A DNA stretch of 64,000 nt, from the NCBI GenBank assembly GCA_026786275.1, contig JAJAYJ010000170.1, positions 9,561 to 73,560 on the forward strand. The letters are read 5' to 3'. This DNA comes from Nocardioides sp. (GTDB taxonomy: Bacteria; Actinomycetota; Actinomycetes; Propionibacteriales; Nocardioidaceae). The position numbers and the translations under genes were made by a program. The notes beneath the pieces were generated by a model, which worked only from the letters and a program-made list of their open reading frames with translations, searched no databases and had not been told where the DNA came from. Shown in pieces: positions 9,188-19,188 of the stretch (the stretch's first letter is position 1; every line of letters starts with the position of its first letter).

Positions 9188-11212
9188 GTGACCCTGGAGG
9201 CCGAGCGAGTCCAGCCGGAGCGCGACGCCGACCGGGGGGTCGTCCGGCGGTTGGTGCTGGCGAGCGCGTTGATGCTCTTCCTCGAGCTGGCCCTGATCCG
9301 GTGGCTCGGCTCGGAGATCGTGCACCTGTCCTACTTCACGAACTTCGTGCTGCTCGGCTCGTTCCTCGGCATCGGGGCGGGGTTCCTGATCGCCCGCAAG
9401 CCCTGGTCGGTGCTGCCGGCCACGCCGGTGCTGCTGATGCTGCTCGTGGTCGGGGTCAGCACCTTCCCGGTCTCCATCGACCGCACCGGCTCGGGCGTCA
9501 TCTACTTCACGTCGCTCTCGGCGAGTGGACCGCCGGCATTCGTGGTGCTGCCGCTGGTCTTCGTGGTCGTCGCCGCCGTGCTGGCCGGGCCGGCCGAGGT
9601 CGTGGGCCGGTGCTTCGCGGAGCTGCCGCCGCTGACGGCGTACCGCTGGGACCTGATCGGCTCCCTGCTGGGGATCGTGTCGTTCACCCTGCTGTCGTTC
9701 GTGCGGGCGCCCTCGGTGGTGTGGGGCGTGCTGGTCGGGGCCGCGCTGGTGGCCCTGCTCTTCCACGGCCTGCGCGACGTGGCCGCGGCGAGCATGGCCG
9801 TCGTGGTCGTGGTGCTGTTCATCGAGTCCACGGTGCCCGGCGTCTCGTGGTCTCCATACTACAAGATCACCACGCAGACCGAGGGCGCCGACTCGATGGG
9901 CCGACCGCTGGTCCGCATCGACGTCAACGGGGTGCCGCACCAGCTGATGGCCTCCGCCGAGTTCAAGCTGACGACCGGTGAGGAGCAGTACCGCACGCCC
10001 TACGAGCGCACCGTCGAGAACAGCCTCGACGACGTGCTGATCGTGGGGGCCGGCTCCGGCTCGGACGTGGCGATCGCGCTGTCCAAGGGGGCGGGGCACG
10101 TCGACGCCGTCGACATCGACCCCCGGATCATCGAGATCGGCGAGGAGTCGCACCCCGACCAGCCGTACGCCGACCCGCGGGTCACCACGCACGTCAACGA
10201 CGGCCGCGCCTTCCTCGAGGGCACCGACCGGACCTACGACCTGATCCTCTTCGCGCTGCCCGACTCCCTGGCCCTGGTCAACGGGGCCTCGCAGATCCGG
10301 CTGGAGTCGTTCCTGTTCACCCGCGAGGCGCTGACCTCGGCCCGGGCGCACCTCAAGGACGACGGTGTCTTCGCGATGTACAACTACTACCGCGAGCCCT
10401 GGCTGATCGACCGGCTCGGTGGCACCGCGCAGGAGGCCTTCGGGCACGCACCCTGCATCGACGCCTTCGCGGCCAACCAGGCGGTGGTCACCGTGGCGAA
10501 GGACCCCGAGAATCAGCAGTGTGCCGAGGACGGCTACACGGTGGCCGCCGACCGGGTGGCGCCCTCTACCGACGACCGACCGTTCCTCTACTACCAGGGC
10601 GGCGGTGTCCCGCGGCTCTACGTGCTGACCCTGCTCGGCATCCTGGCCATCTCGCTGGTGACCGTGCGTGCGCTCGGCGGTCCGCTGGGGCGGATGCGGC
10701 CCTACGCCGACCTGTTCTTCCTGGGCGCGGCGTTCCTGCTGCTGGAGACCAAGAACGTCGCGTCGTTCGCGCTGCTCTTCGGCACCACCTGGCTGGTCAA
10801 CGCCCTGGTCTTCGGTGGTGTGCTGGTCGTGGTGCTGGCGGCCGTCGAGACGACCCGCAGGTTCCGGACCCCGCCACTCCCGGTCGTGTACGCCGCGGTG
10901 GCGGCCTCGCTGGCGCTCGCCTACGTCGTGCGTCCTGAGTGGCTGTTGCCGCTGCCGTTCGGGCCCCGGTTGCTGGCCGCCGTGGTGCTGGCCTTCCTGC
11001 CCGTCTTCCTGGCCAACATCGCGTTCTCGAAGCGGTTCGCGGTCTCCGGTGACTCCCAGGCAGCGTTCGGGGTCAACCTGCTTGGCGCGATCGTCGGCGG
11101 CTGCCTGGAGTACGGCGCGCTGCTCACCGGCTACCGCAACCTGCTGCTCGTGGTCGCGGTGCTCTACCTGCTGGCGTTCGTCCTCAAGCCGCGGACCTCC
11201 GCCCCGGCCTGA
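9188..11212 (+). CDS. Multi-TM membrane protein with a central spermidine-synthase-like SAM-binding domain
   Basis: About 7 N-terminal TMs, WSPYYKI, VLIVGAGSGSD, VDID, DGRAFL, YDLI, C-terminal TMs; TAGGGT -10 just upstream suggests a leaderless mRNA. Confidence 0.82.
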   Translation: MTLEAERVQPERDADRGVVRRLVLASALMLFLELALIRWLGSEIVHLSYFTNFVLLGSFLGIGAGFLIARKPWSVLPATPVLLMLLVVGVSTFPVSIDRTGSGVIYFTSLSASGPPAFVVLPLVFVVVAAVLAGPAEVVGRCFAELPPLTAYRWDLIGSLLGIVSFTLLSFVRAPSVVWGVLVGAALVALLFHGLRDVAAASMAVVVVVLFIESTVPGVSWSPYYKITTQTEGADSMGRPLVRIDVNGVPHQLMASAEFKLTTGEEQYRTPYERTVENSLDDVLIVGAGSGSDVAIALSKGAGHVDAVDIDPRIIEIGEESHPDQPYADPRVTTHVNDGRAFLEGTDRTYDLILFALPDSLALVNGASQIRLESFLFTREALTSARAHLKDDGVFAMYNYYREPWLIDRLGGTAQEAFGHAPCIDAFAANQAVVTVAKDPENQQCAEDGYTVAADRVAPSTDDRPFLYYQGGGVPRLYVLTLLGILAISLVTVRALGGPLGRMRPYADLFFLGAAFLLLETKNVASFALLFGTTWLVNALVFGGVLVVVLAAVETTRRFRTPPLPVVYAAVAASLALAYVVRPEWLLPLPFGPRLLAAVVLAFLPVFLANIAFSKRFAVSGDSQAAFGVNLLGAIVGGCLEYGALLTGYRNLLLVVAVLYLLAFVLKPRTSAPA

Positions 11213-11294
11213 GCAGCAGCGCGGCCGCGCACGACGGGCGCGGGTCGACGTGGGTCGCTCGGCGTGGGTCGGGTGGCTGCGGCAGGATGGTGCG

Positions 11295-13058
11295 GTGAGC
11301 AACCGCGCCCGGGTCCGGGCCCCCGAGCTGGTGGGCCGTGGCTGGCTCAACACGTCCGCGCCGCTGGCCCTGCGTGACCTGCGGGGCCGCTTCGTGCTGC
11401 TCGACTTCTGGACCTTCTGCTGCGTCAACTGCCTGCACGTGATCGAGGAGCTGCGGCCCCTCGAGACCGAGCACGCGGGCGACCTGGTCGTGGTGGGCGT
11501 GCACTCGCCCAAGTTCGTGCACGAGGCCGATCCCGACGCGCTGCGAGCCGCCGTGGCGCGGTACTCCGTGCACCACCCGGTGCTCGACGACCCCGAGCTG
11601 GTGACCTGGCAGGCCTACACCGCACGGGCCTGGCCCACCTTGGTGCTGGTCGACCCGGAGGGCTACGTCGTGACGCAGTACGCCGGGGAGGGTCACGTGC
11701 ACGCCATCGACGCACTGCTGCGCGACCTGGTGCCCCGGCACCGGGCACGCGGCACGCTGCAGCCCGGCGACTCGCCGTACGTCGCGCCGCCGGTGCCGGC
11801 CGGCGACCTCAGGTTCCCGGCCACGGCGATCAGGCTGCCCACGGGCCACGTGCTCGTGGCCGACGCCGGCCACGACGAGGTGGTCGAGCTCGCCCCCGAC
11901 GGCGAGGTGGTGCGTCGTCTCGGTGGCTTCCGCGAGCCCAACGGCCTGTGCCTGCTGCCGGACGACGTCGCCGCGCAGGTCGGGTACGACGTCGTGGTCG
12001 CCGACACCGTCGGCCACCGGCTGCGCGGCATCGACCTGGCCACGGGGCTGGTCTCGGTCCTGGCCGGTGACGGCACGCCCTTCAGGCAGGGCGACGGCAC
12101 CGAGCACCTGTCGTCGCCGTGGGACGTGGCCTGGTGGCAGGACCGGGTGTGGGTCGCGATGGCCGGCATCCACCAGCTGTGGACCTTCGACCCGGTCACC
12201 GGCGAGGTCGAGGTGGCCGCCGGCACCACCCAGGAGGGCCTGGTCGACGGGCCGGTGGACCAGGCGTGGTTCGCGCAGACCTCGGGCCTGGCCGCCGACG
12301 GTGACCGGCTCTGGTTGGTCGACCCCGAGACCTCGTCGCTGCGGTGGCTGCAGGCCGCGCCCGACGGTCTCGTCGTGCGCTCGGCGATCGGCACCGGCCT
12401 GTTCGACTTCGGCTTCCGCGACGGCCCTGTCGACCGGGCGCTGCTGCAGCACCCGCTGGGTGTCACGGTGCTGCCCGACGGCACCGTCGCGGTCTGCGAC
12501 ACCTACAACGGGGCGCTGCGACGCTACGACCCTGCCTCCGGACTCCTCACCACCCTGGCCACGGACCTGGCCGAGCCCAGCGGTGCGTTCGTCGACGGCG
12601 CCGAGCTGGTCGTCCTCGAGTCCGCCGCCCACCGGCTGACCCGGGTTCCGCTCGGGGCCGCGGGCACCACCACGGACGGCTTCGCGCACACCACCCAGCG
12701 GCCGGTGACCGACGTACCGACCACGCTGGAGCTGGTCGTCGCCTTCACCCCGCCGCCCGGCCAGAAGGTCGACGACCGCTTCGGGCCGCCGTCGCAGCTG
12801 GTGGTGGAGTCGACGCCGCCCGGTCTGGTCCGCACGGGCGGTGGCCGCGGCACCGAGCTGCGGCGCACCCTGGAGCTCGACCCGCACGTCGGCGACGGCG
12901 TGCTGCACGTGGCCGCCCGCGCCGGCTCCTGCGACGTGGACGCGGGTCCGGGTGCGGCCTGCCACATGCACCAGCAGGACTGGGGCGTGCCCGTCCGGAT
13001 CAGCGCCGGAGCCGCCGCACTGCTCGAGCTGCCGCTCGTCGGCACGGTCCGGGGCTGA
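11295..13058 (+). CDS. Thioredoxin-like plus NHL-repeat protein
   Basis: LLDFWTFCCVNCLH, GVHSPKF, AWPTLVLVD; NHL repeats (VADT, SPWDV, LQHPLGV, DTYN). Confidence 0.88.
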   Translation: MSNRARVRAPELVGRGWLNTSAPLALRDLRGRFVLLDFWTFCCVNCLHVIEELRPLETEHAGDLVVVGVHSPKFVHEADPDALRAAVARYSVHHPVLDDPELVTWQAYTARAWPTLVLVDPEGYVVTQYAGEGHVHAIDALLRDLVPRHRARGTLQPGDSPYVAPPVPAGDLRFPATAIRLPTGHVLVADAGHDEVVELAPDGEVVRRLGGFREPNGLCLLPDDVAAQVGYDVVVADTVGHRLRGIDLATGLVSVLAGDGTPFRQGDGTEHLSSPWDVAWWQDRVWVAMAGIHQLWTFDPVTGEVEVAAGTTQEGLVDGPVDQAWFAQTSGLAADGDRLWLVDPETSSLRWLQAAPDGLVVRSAIGTGLFDFGFRDGPVDRALLQHPLGVTVLPDGTVAVCDTYNGALRRYDPASGLLTTLATDLAEPSGAFVDGAELVVLESAAHRLTRVPLGAAGTTTDGFAHTTQRPVTDVPTTLELVVAFTPPPGQKVDDRFGPPSQLVVESTPPGLVRTGGGRGTELRRTLELDPHVGDGVLHVAARAGSCDVDAGPGAACHMHQQDWGVPVRISAGAAALLELPLVGTVRG

Positions 13059-13080
13059 GGAACAGCGGTACGGTGCCGAC

Positions 13081-13908
13081 ATGAGCAACGTGACGGGCAG
13101 GGCCAAGCAGCTGGGTCGCAACGCCGACGACAGCGACTGGCTCGACCACGTCGCCCGGGCCGGGCTGGTCGCGTTCGGCGTCGTGCACCTGGTCGTGGGG
13201 TGGCTGGCCGTGCAGCTGGCCCTGGGTGACCGCTCCGGGTCGGCCTCCACGTCGGGTGCGGTCACCGAGCTGGCCCAGCAGCCGTTCGGCGTGGTGATGG
13301 TGTGGCTGGTGGCCATCGGGATGGGGCTGCTCGCGATCTGGCAGCTGATCGAGGCCGTCCTGGGCCACCGGGACCGCGACGGGATCACGCTGGTCCGCAA
13401 GCGCGCGACCTCGGCCGGCAAGGCCGTGCTGTACGCCGTGATCGCCTTCAGTGCCCTCAAGGTCGCCACCGGACAGGGCTCCGGCGACAGCGAGCAGAAG
13501 ACGGACACGATGACCGCGCAGGTGATGGACCTGCCCGGGGGCCAGGTGCTCGTGGGCCTGATCGGTGTCGGGATCCTGGTCGTGGCGGTGATGCTGGTCC
13601 GCAAGGGGGTGACCGACCGGTTCCTCAAGGACATCCACGCCTCGGGCGACGGTGCGACGGCCGGCGCGGCGTACACGTGGCTCGGCCGGGTCGGCTACAC
13701 GGCCAAGGGCGTCGCGCTCGGGGTCGTGGGTGGGCTCTTCGGGTACGCCGCGCTCACCCATGACGCGAACAAGTCCGCCGGGCTCGACCAGGCCCTCAAG
13801 GAAGTGCTCGAGCAGCCTTTCGGCCCGGTCCTGCTGACCGCGATCGGGCTCGGGTTCGCCTGCTTCGGGGCCTTCTGCTTCGCCTGGGCCCGCCACCTCG
13901 ACCGCTGA
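13081..13908 (+). CDS. DUF1206-like membrane protein
   Basis: ARAGLVAFGVVHL, QQPFG repeats, GLDQAL. Confidence 0.82.
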   Translation: MSNVTGRAKQLGRNADDSDWLDHVARAGLVAFGVVHLVVGWLAVQLALGDRSGSASTSGAVTELAQQPFGVVMVWLVAIGMGLLAIWQLIEAVLGHRDRDGITLVRKRATSAGKAVLYAVIAFSALKVATGQGSGDSEQKTDTMTAQVMDLPGGQVLVGLIGVGILVVAVMLVRKGVTDRFLKDIHASGDGATAGAAYTWLGRVGYTAKGVALGVVGGLFGYAALTHDANKSAGLDQALKEVLEQPFGPVLLTAIGLGFACFGAFCFAWARHLDR

Positions 13909-13917
13909 GCAACCCCT

Positions 13918-13981
13918 GCCGACTCGGCTCTTGTGCACGCGGTTGTCCACAGGATCGGGCGTGCACAAGAGCCGGCTCGAC
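13918..13981. repeat. REP-like palindrome, copy 1 (16-bp perfect stem, loop contains TTGTCCACA)
   Basis: CGGCTCTTGTGCACGC (13925-13940) pairs with GCGTGCACAAGAGCCG (13959-13974); lies between convergent genes. Confidence 0.8.
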
Positions 13982-13992
13982 GTCACTCGACG

Positions 13993-14595
13993 TCAGAGGG
14001 GGCGGGTGGCCAGCCTCAGCGCGATGGCCAGCATCACCAGGGCGATGACCACGTCCAGCACCTGCCACGCCCGCGGCCGGGCCAGCAGCCCGGAGGCCAG
14101 CCGGGCCCCGAAGCCGAGGCCGCCGAACCACAGCAGGCTGGCCGTCCCGGCCCCTGCGGCGAACCACCACCGCTGCTCCTGGGTGTTGGCGATCGAGCCC
14201 AGCAGCAGCACGGTGTCGAGGTAGACGTGCGGGTTCAGCCAGGTCAGGGCGAGCGCGGTGACCACGGCCGTGCGCCGCGACGAAGCCCGCTCACCCGCCA
14301 CCACCAGCGCCGACGGGCGCCGGGCCCGCCACAGCGACAGCCCGGCGTACGTCGTCAGGAAGGCGACGCCCAGCCACCGCGCGGCCTCCAGCAGCGTGCC
14401 GGCCCGCTCGACGAGCACCCCGATGCCGGCCACCCCGGCCACGATCAGCGCCAGGTCGGAGAGGGCGCAGATCGCCACCACCGGGGCCACGTGGGCGCGG
14501 GCCAGGCCCTGGCGGAGCACGAAGGCGTTCTGCGCCCCGATGGCCACGATCAACATCAGTCCCGTGATCAGGCCGGCACCCAGCGAGCTCCCCAT
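13993..14595 (-). CDS. lysE: LysE/ArgO amino acid exporter
   Basis: LIVAIGAQNAFVLRQGL, TWLNPHVYLDTV; divergent from a LysG-type regulator. Confidence 0.92.
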   Translation of the reverse strand: MGSSLGAGLITGLMLIVAIGAQNAFVLRQGLARAHVAPVVAICALSDLALIVAGVAGIGVLVERAGTLLEAARWLGVAFLTTYAGLSLWRARRPSALVVAGERASSRRTAVVTALALTWLNPHVYLDTVLLLGSIANTQEQRWWFAAGAGTASLLWFGGLGFGARLASGLLARPRAWQVLDVVIALVMLAIALRLATRPL

Positions 14596-14666
14596 GACCC
14601 CGACGCTAAGGGGGTCCAGGGTGTGAAGGCCAGCGACAGAAAGTGTCCAAGCATTAGCATCGCTTC

Positions 14667-15542
14667 ATGCACGTGCAACCGGCTCAGCTCGACGCCCTCG
14701 TCGCCATCGCCGACCACGGCACCTTCGAGGCGGCCGCCCGCCACCTGCACGTCACCCCCAGCGCCGTCAGCCAACGGGTCCGGGCCCTGGAGGCCACAGC
14801 CGGCCAGGTGCTGGTGCTGCGGACCAGCCCGTGCACGCCGACCGAGGCGGGTCAGGCGTTCGTGCGGCTGGGACGCCAGACCCGGCTGCTCTACGACGAG
14901 GCCCGCCAGGCCCTCGCGGAGCACGAGGACCGCATCGACCTGGCCGTGGCCGTCAACGCGGACTCCCTGGCCACGTGGTTCCGCGACGTGCTGGGCGAGA
15001 TCGGCGCCTGGGACGGCGTCGCACTCCGGCTCGTGGTCGAGGACCAGGCGTGGTCGAGCCGGTTGCTGCGCAGCGGGGAGTGCCTGGCCGCCGTGACCAG
15101 CGAGCCGCAAGCCGTGCAGGGCTGCTCGGTCCAGCCCCTGGGTCGGCTGCGCTACCGGTCCGCGGCCACGCCGGGGCTGGCCTCGCGCTTCAGGCGCGGC
15201 CGGGGCCCGGACTGGGCCCGGATGCCGGTGGTGGTGTTCAACACCAAGGACGACCTGCAGGACGAGGTGCTGCGCTCCCACGGCGTGGGCCGTCCACCAG
15301 TGGTGCACCGGGTGCCCACCAGTGCCGACTTCCATGAGGCGGTCCGGCTCGGGCTTGGCTGGGGCATGGTGCCCGATCCGCAGCTGCGACCCGACCTGGA
15401 GGCCGGGCGGCTGGTCACGCTCGGCGCCCGCGACCACCTCGACGTGAGTCTGCACTGGCAGCGCTGGCGGCTGGACTCCCCGATCCTGGACCGCCTCGAC
15501 GACGTCGTGCGACGTGCTGCTGCGGCGCACCTGCGGACATGA
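14667..15542 (+). CDS. lysG: LysR-family regulator (LysG/ArgP)
   Basis: HTH GTFEAAARHLHVTPSAVSQRVRALE; VNADSLATWF; LHWQRWRL. Confidence 0.9.
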   Translation: MHVQPAQLDALVAIADHGTFEAAARHLHVTPSAVSQRVRALEATAGQVLVLRTSPCTPTEAGQAFVRLGRQTRLLYDEARQALAEHEDRIDLAVAVNADSLATWFRDVLGEIGAWDGVALRLVVEDQAWSSRLLRSGECLAAVTSEPQAVQGCSVQPLGRLRYRSAATPGLASRFRRGRGPDWARMPVVVFNTKDDLQDEVLRSHGVGRPPVVHRVPTSADFHEAVRLGLGWGMVPDPQLRPDLEAGRLVTLGARDHLDVSLHWQRWRLDSPILDRLDDVVRRAAAAHLRT

Positions 15543-15578
15543 CGACGCACCCGCCCACCGAGGTGGACGGGTGCGTCG
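15543..15578. terminator. Hairpin between convergent genes (likely bidirectional terminator)
   Basis: CGACGCACCCGCCCACC-GA-GGTGGACGGGTGCGTCG. Confidence 0.7.
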
Positions 15579-15590
15579 ATCAGGGTCGGA

Positions 15591-17465
15591 TCAGAACGAC
15601 GCCTCGTCCAGGTCCATCAGCGAGAGGTCCACCGCCTGCGCGATCGCCAGCTCGGCGCTGAGCTTGGGCAGGTTGTGCTGGGCGAAGAACTGCGCTGCCG
15701 CGATCTTCCCCTCGTAGAACGCCTTGTCCTTGCTGCCCATCGATCCGGCCGGGTCCCCGTCCAGCTTCTCGAGGGCGACCTCGGCCTGGCGCAGCAGCAG
15801 CCAGCCGCAGACCACGTCGCCCAGCGCCATCAGCAGCCGGCTGGTGTTGAGGCCGACCTTGTAGATATTGCGGATCTCGTCCTGGGCCGACATCAGGTCG
15901 TGGATCATGTGGCCGACCAACGCGTTAGCGTCCCCGAGCGCTGTGGCGAGCAGCGCCCGCTCGTTCTTGAGCCGACCGTTGCCGGCCTCGCTGGCGATGA
16001 ACGCCTCGATCTCGCCGGTCAGGTGGCCCAGCGCGGTGCCCTGGTCCTTGACGATCTTGCGGAAGAAGAAGTCCTGGCCCTGGATCGCGGTGGTGCCCTC
16101 GTAGAGGGTGTCGATCTTGGCGTCGCGGACGTACTGCTCGAGCGGGTAGTCCTGCAGGAAGCCCGAGCCTCCGAAGGTCTGCAGCGACTCGGTGCCCAGC
16201 AGCACCCAGGAGCGCTCCGAGCCGTAGCCCTTGACGATCGGCAGCAGCAGGTCGTTGACCGCAGCCGCGAGGGCGTGCTCGGTGCCGTCGTGCTCAGCGA
16301 TCATCACCGTGTCCTGCCAGGTCGCGGTGTAGAAGACCAGGGCCCGCATGGCCTCGGCGAACGACTTCTGCACCATCAACGAGCGGCGTACGTCGGGGTG
16401 GTGGGTGATCGTGACCCGGGGTGCGGTCTTGTCGCCCGACCTGGTCAGGTCGGCGCCCTGCTGACGGGTCTTGGCGTAGTCGAGGGCGCTGAGGTAACCG
16501 GCCGAGAGGGTGGCGATGGCCTTGGTGCCGACCATCATCCGGGCGTTCTCGATGACCTGGAACATCTGCGCGATGCCCTGGTGCACCTCGCCGAGCAGCC
16601 ATCCCCGGGCGGGCTCACCGCCGCCGACCCCCGGGTCGCCGAAGGTGACCTCACAGGTGTTGGACACCTTGAGGCCCATCTTGTGCTCGACGCCGGTGAC
16701 GTAGGCCCCGTTGCGCTCACCGGTGAGCTCGCCGCTCTCGTGGTCGAAGTGCCACTTGGGCACCAGGAACAGCGAGAGACCCTTGGTACCGGGCCCGCCG
16801 ACCCCGTCGACGCCAGCCGGGCGGGCGAGCACCAGGTGCATGATGTTCTCGCTCATGTCGTGCTCGGCCGAGGTGATGAACCGCTTGACGCCCTCGACGT
16901 TCCACGAGCCGTCGTCGTTCAGGGTGGCCCTGGACCGGCCCGCACCCACGTCGGATCCCGCGTCGGGCTCGGTCAGCACCATCGTGGCGCCCCACTGCCG
17001 GTCCACCATGATCTGGGCGATCTGCTTGTCCCGGTCGTTGCCGTTGCGGTGGATGATCGCCGCGAACGGTGCGCCCGCGCCGTACATCCAGACCGGGGCG
17101 TTGGCACCCAGCACCAGCTCACCGAGGGCCCACACGAGCGATGACGGCGCCGGGGTGCCGCCGAGGTCAGCACCGATCTGCAGGCGCCAGTACTCCGCGT
17201 CCATCCAGGCCTGGTAGCTCTTCTTGAACGAAGCCGGGATGGGTGCGGTGTGGGTGGCGGGGTCGAAGACGGGCGGGGTGCGGTCGCTGTCCTCGTACGA
17301 GGCGGCCAGCTCCTCGCGTGCCATCCGGTCGACCTCGGCCAGGATGGCCCGGGCGGTCTCGCCGTCCATCTCGCCGAAGGGGCCCCGGCCCAGGACGTCG
17401 TCGCGGCCGAGGACCTCGAAGAGGTTGAACTCGATGTCGCGCAGATTGCTCGTGTAGTGGCCCAC
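15591..17465 (-). CDS. Acyl-CoA dehydrogenase (FadE5-like)
   Basis: [73 protein letters not shown]. Confidence 0.93.
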   Translation of the reverse strand: MGHYTSNLRDIEFNLFEVLGRDDVLGRGPFGEMDGETARAILAEVDRMAREELAASYEDSDRTPPVFDPATHTAPIPASFKKSYQAWMDAEYWRLQIGADLGGTPAPSSLVWALGELVLGANAPVWMYGAGAPFAAIIHRNGNDRDKQIAQIMVDRQWGATMVLTEPDAGSDVGAGRSRATLNDDGSWNVEGVKRFITSAEHDMSENIMHLVLARPAGVDGVGGPGTKGLSLFLVPKWHFDHESGELTGERNGAYVTGVEHKMGLKVSNTCEVTFGDPGVGGGEPARGWLLGEVHQGIAQMFQVIENARMMVGTKAIATLSAGYLSALDYAKTRQQGADLTRSGDKTAPRVTITHHPDVRRSLMVQKSFAEAMRALVFYTATWQDTVMIAEHDGTEHALAAAVNDLLLPIVKGYGSERSWVLLGTESLQTFGGSGFLQDYPLEQYVRDAKIDTLYEGTTAIQGQDFFFRKIVKDQGTALGHLTGEIEAFIASEAGNGRLKNERALLATALGDANALVGHMIHDLMSAQDEIRNIYKVGLNTSRLLMALGDVVCGWLLLRQAEVALEKLDGDPAGSMGSKDKAFYEGKIAAAQFFAQHNLPKLSAELAIAQAVDLSLMDLDEASF

Positions 17466-17497
17466 TGGTCCACCCTTTTCTACTCGGGATCCGGCTG

Positions 17498-17513
17498 GCT
17501 ACTGGCCGGTAAC
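17498..17513. promoter_or_regulatory. Imperfect palindromic operator GCTACTGGCCGGTAAC upstream of the acyl-CoA dehydrogenase
   Basis: Near-identical motif at 34025-34040 upstream of the fadF/etfD-like gene. Confidence 0.55.
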
Positions 17514-17612
17514 ATAATGGTAGGCCGACGGGTGGAGGGGTGCAACCCGATCGGCGGACGCTATCCCCACCAGGTCGAGTGTCCGGATGGAGAAATCTGA
17601 GACACTTGCCTC

Positions 17613-18071
17613 ATGCGAGTTTCCGCCAAGTCCGACTACGCCCTGCGCGCGCTGATCGAGATGGCGTCGCGTCAGGACGGTCGTGCGGTGAGCGCCGAGG
17701 AGCTCGGGAAGCTGCAGGAGATCCCGCACGGCTTCCTGCAGGCGATCCTGGCCGACCTGCGCCGGGCCGGCATCGTGATGTCGCAGCGCGGCCAGTCCGG
17801 CGGCTGGCGGATGGGCCGGGACGCCGACACGGTGTCGGTGGCCGACGTGATCCGGGCCGTCGACGGGCCGCTGGTGTCGGTCTACGGGCTGCGACCTGAG
17901 GCGGTCAGCTACAACGAGAAGGCCGACGTGCTGCAGCACGTCTGGATCGCCGCGCGCCGCTCGCTGCGCGACGTCTTCGAGCAGGTCTCGATCCAGCAGC
18001 TCGCCGACGCCAAGCTGCCCAAGGCGATCACCACCCGGACCGCGGACGAGGACGCCTGGCAGCCGCACTAG
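17613..18071 (+). CDS. Rrf2-family transcriptional regulator (no Fe-S cysteines)
   Basis: MRVSAKSDYALRAL, SQRGQSGGW, VADVIRAVDGPL. Confidence 0.92.
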   Translation: MRVSAKSDYALRALIEMASRQDGRAVSAEELGKLQEIPHGFLQAILADLRRAGIVMSQRGQSGGWRMGRDADTVSVADVIRAVDGPLVSVYGLRPEAVSYNEKADVLQHVWIAARRSLRDVFEQVSIQQLADAKLPKAITTRTADEDAWQPH

Positions 18072-18096
18072 GCGCCGAGCTGAAGCCGCACGAAGT

Positions 18097-18140
18097 GCCG
18101 AGTCGGCGCTTATGCACGCGTGCACAAGAGCCGACTCGAC
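18097..18140. repeat. REP-like palindrome, copy 2 (loop collapsed)
   Basis: GCCGAGTCGGCGCTTATGCACGCGTGCACAAGAGCCGACTCGAC; shares GCGTGCACAAGAGCCG with copy 1. Confidence 0.8.
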
Positions 18141-18167
18141 CGTCTGGGGCGGTCTGGGCCGGCCGAG

Positions 18168-19070
18168 TTACGCCGGCTGGGCGTCGAGCAGCCGCTGCTT
18201 GAGCTTGCGCTTCTTCTTGGTCAACGTGGCGTTGTCACGCTCGAGGTCCCGGGTCCGCGCGCGTAACCGGGTGACCTCGGCGATCGAGTCGCTCAGGGCC
18301 TCGCTCAGCAGCGAGACCCGCAGGTCGTCGCGTTGCGAGCCGGAGTCGGCGCCGACGGTGGCGACCAGGCCGGTCAGGTCGCCCCGGACGTCGTAGCCTG
18401 CGTCGGCGACGACCTTGGCCCACTCCTGCACCACGACGCCCAGGTCGCCGTGGACCGAGAGCGACGACGTGCCCTCGGCGATCAACCGAAGCGCGTGCGT
18501 GTCGACCTCGCCGACCGTGGCCGCGGGCAGATCGAGCCCGGTGGCCTCGAACCCGACGACCTGACCGAGCGCCTGCCAGGCGGGGGTCGGGTCGGTGGGG
18601 TCGCAGACCACGACGTGCATCCGGTCGGGGCTGCACACGGCGCGGTCCCAGCGGCGCAGCACGTCGGACAGGTCGTGGTCGTCGGGGAACGCGGACAGGC
18701 GGGCGTCCGGTGCGGCCACCGTGACGACCACGTGGACCGCGAAGCCGGGGAGACGGTCGACCAGCAGGTCGATCTCGGTCTCGGTGGCGCCGGCCAGCAG
18801 GCTGTGGCCCACGACGACGGAGTCCTTGCCTGCGTAGGCGCGGCGGCAGATGCCGCTCCACACGCCCTCCACGTCCTTGCGGCGCAGGCCCCAGGCCTTG
18901 TGGTCGCGTCGGATCTCGACGCTCGCGCGGAACATCTCGTCCACCGACGTCGACGGCACCCGGACCCCGGAGGCCGCGAGGGCGTCGGCGTGCACCTGCA
19001 GGGCGGCGTCGAGGCGGTCACCGCCGCTGTGCGGGAGCCCGACGTGGAGGTACGCGGTGCGCTTGGCCAT
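18168..19070 (-). CDS. Hypothetical protein with a degenerate sulfotransferase-like N-terminus and C-terminal coiled coil
   Basis: AYLHVGLPHSG resembles the HIGxxKTG motif; Lys-rich helical C-terminus. Confidence 0.6.
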   Translation of the reverse strand: MAKRTAYLHVGLPHSGGDRLDAALQVHADALAASGVRVPSTSVDEMFRASVEIRRDHKAWGLRRKDVEGVWSGICRRAYAGKDSVVVGHSLLAGATETEIDLLVDRLPGFAVHVVVTVAAPDARLSAFPDDHDLSDVLRRWDRAVCSPDRMHVVVCDPTDPTPAWQALGQVVGFEATGLDLPAATVGEVDTHALRLIAEGTSSLSVHGDLGVVVQEWAKVVADAGYDVRGDLTGLVATVGADSGSQRDDLRVSLLSEALSDSIAEVTRLRARTRDLERDNATLTKKKRKLKQRLLDAQPA

Positions 19071-19188
19071 GGCGCTGAGGGTCACACCGGCGGTTCACGA
19101 GCCGACCATCGACACGCGGCGCGGGAGTGAACATCAGACGACGGACCCCCCCGGCCCAGACGGTGGCCGCGGGCCCGCGGTGGCGTCG

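Noticed and set aside
7754-11512. 1252-aa antisense ORF and other long opposite-strand ORFs (e.g. 1715-4444, 25189-27216, 32020-34032)
   Set aside because: Shadow ORFs of high-GC coding genes with no recognisable motifs; the sense genes are clearly identifiable.
13943-13951. Replication origin (DnaA box)
   Set aside because: A single box inside a repeat loop, with no dnaA/dnaN or AT-rich unwinding element.
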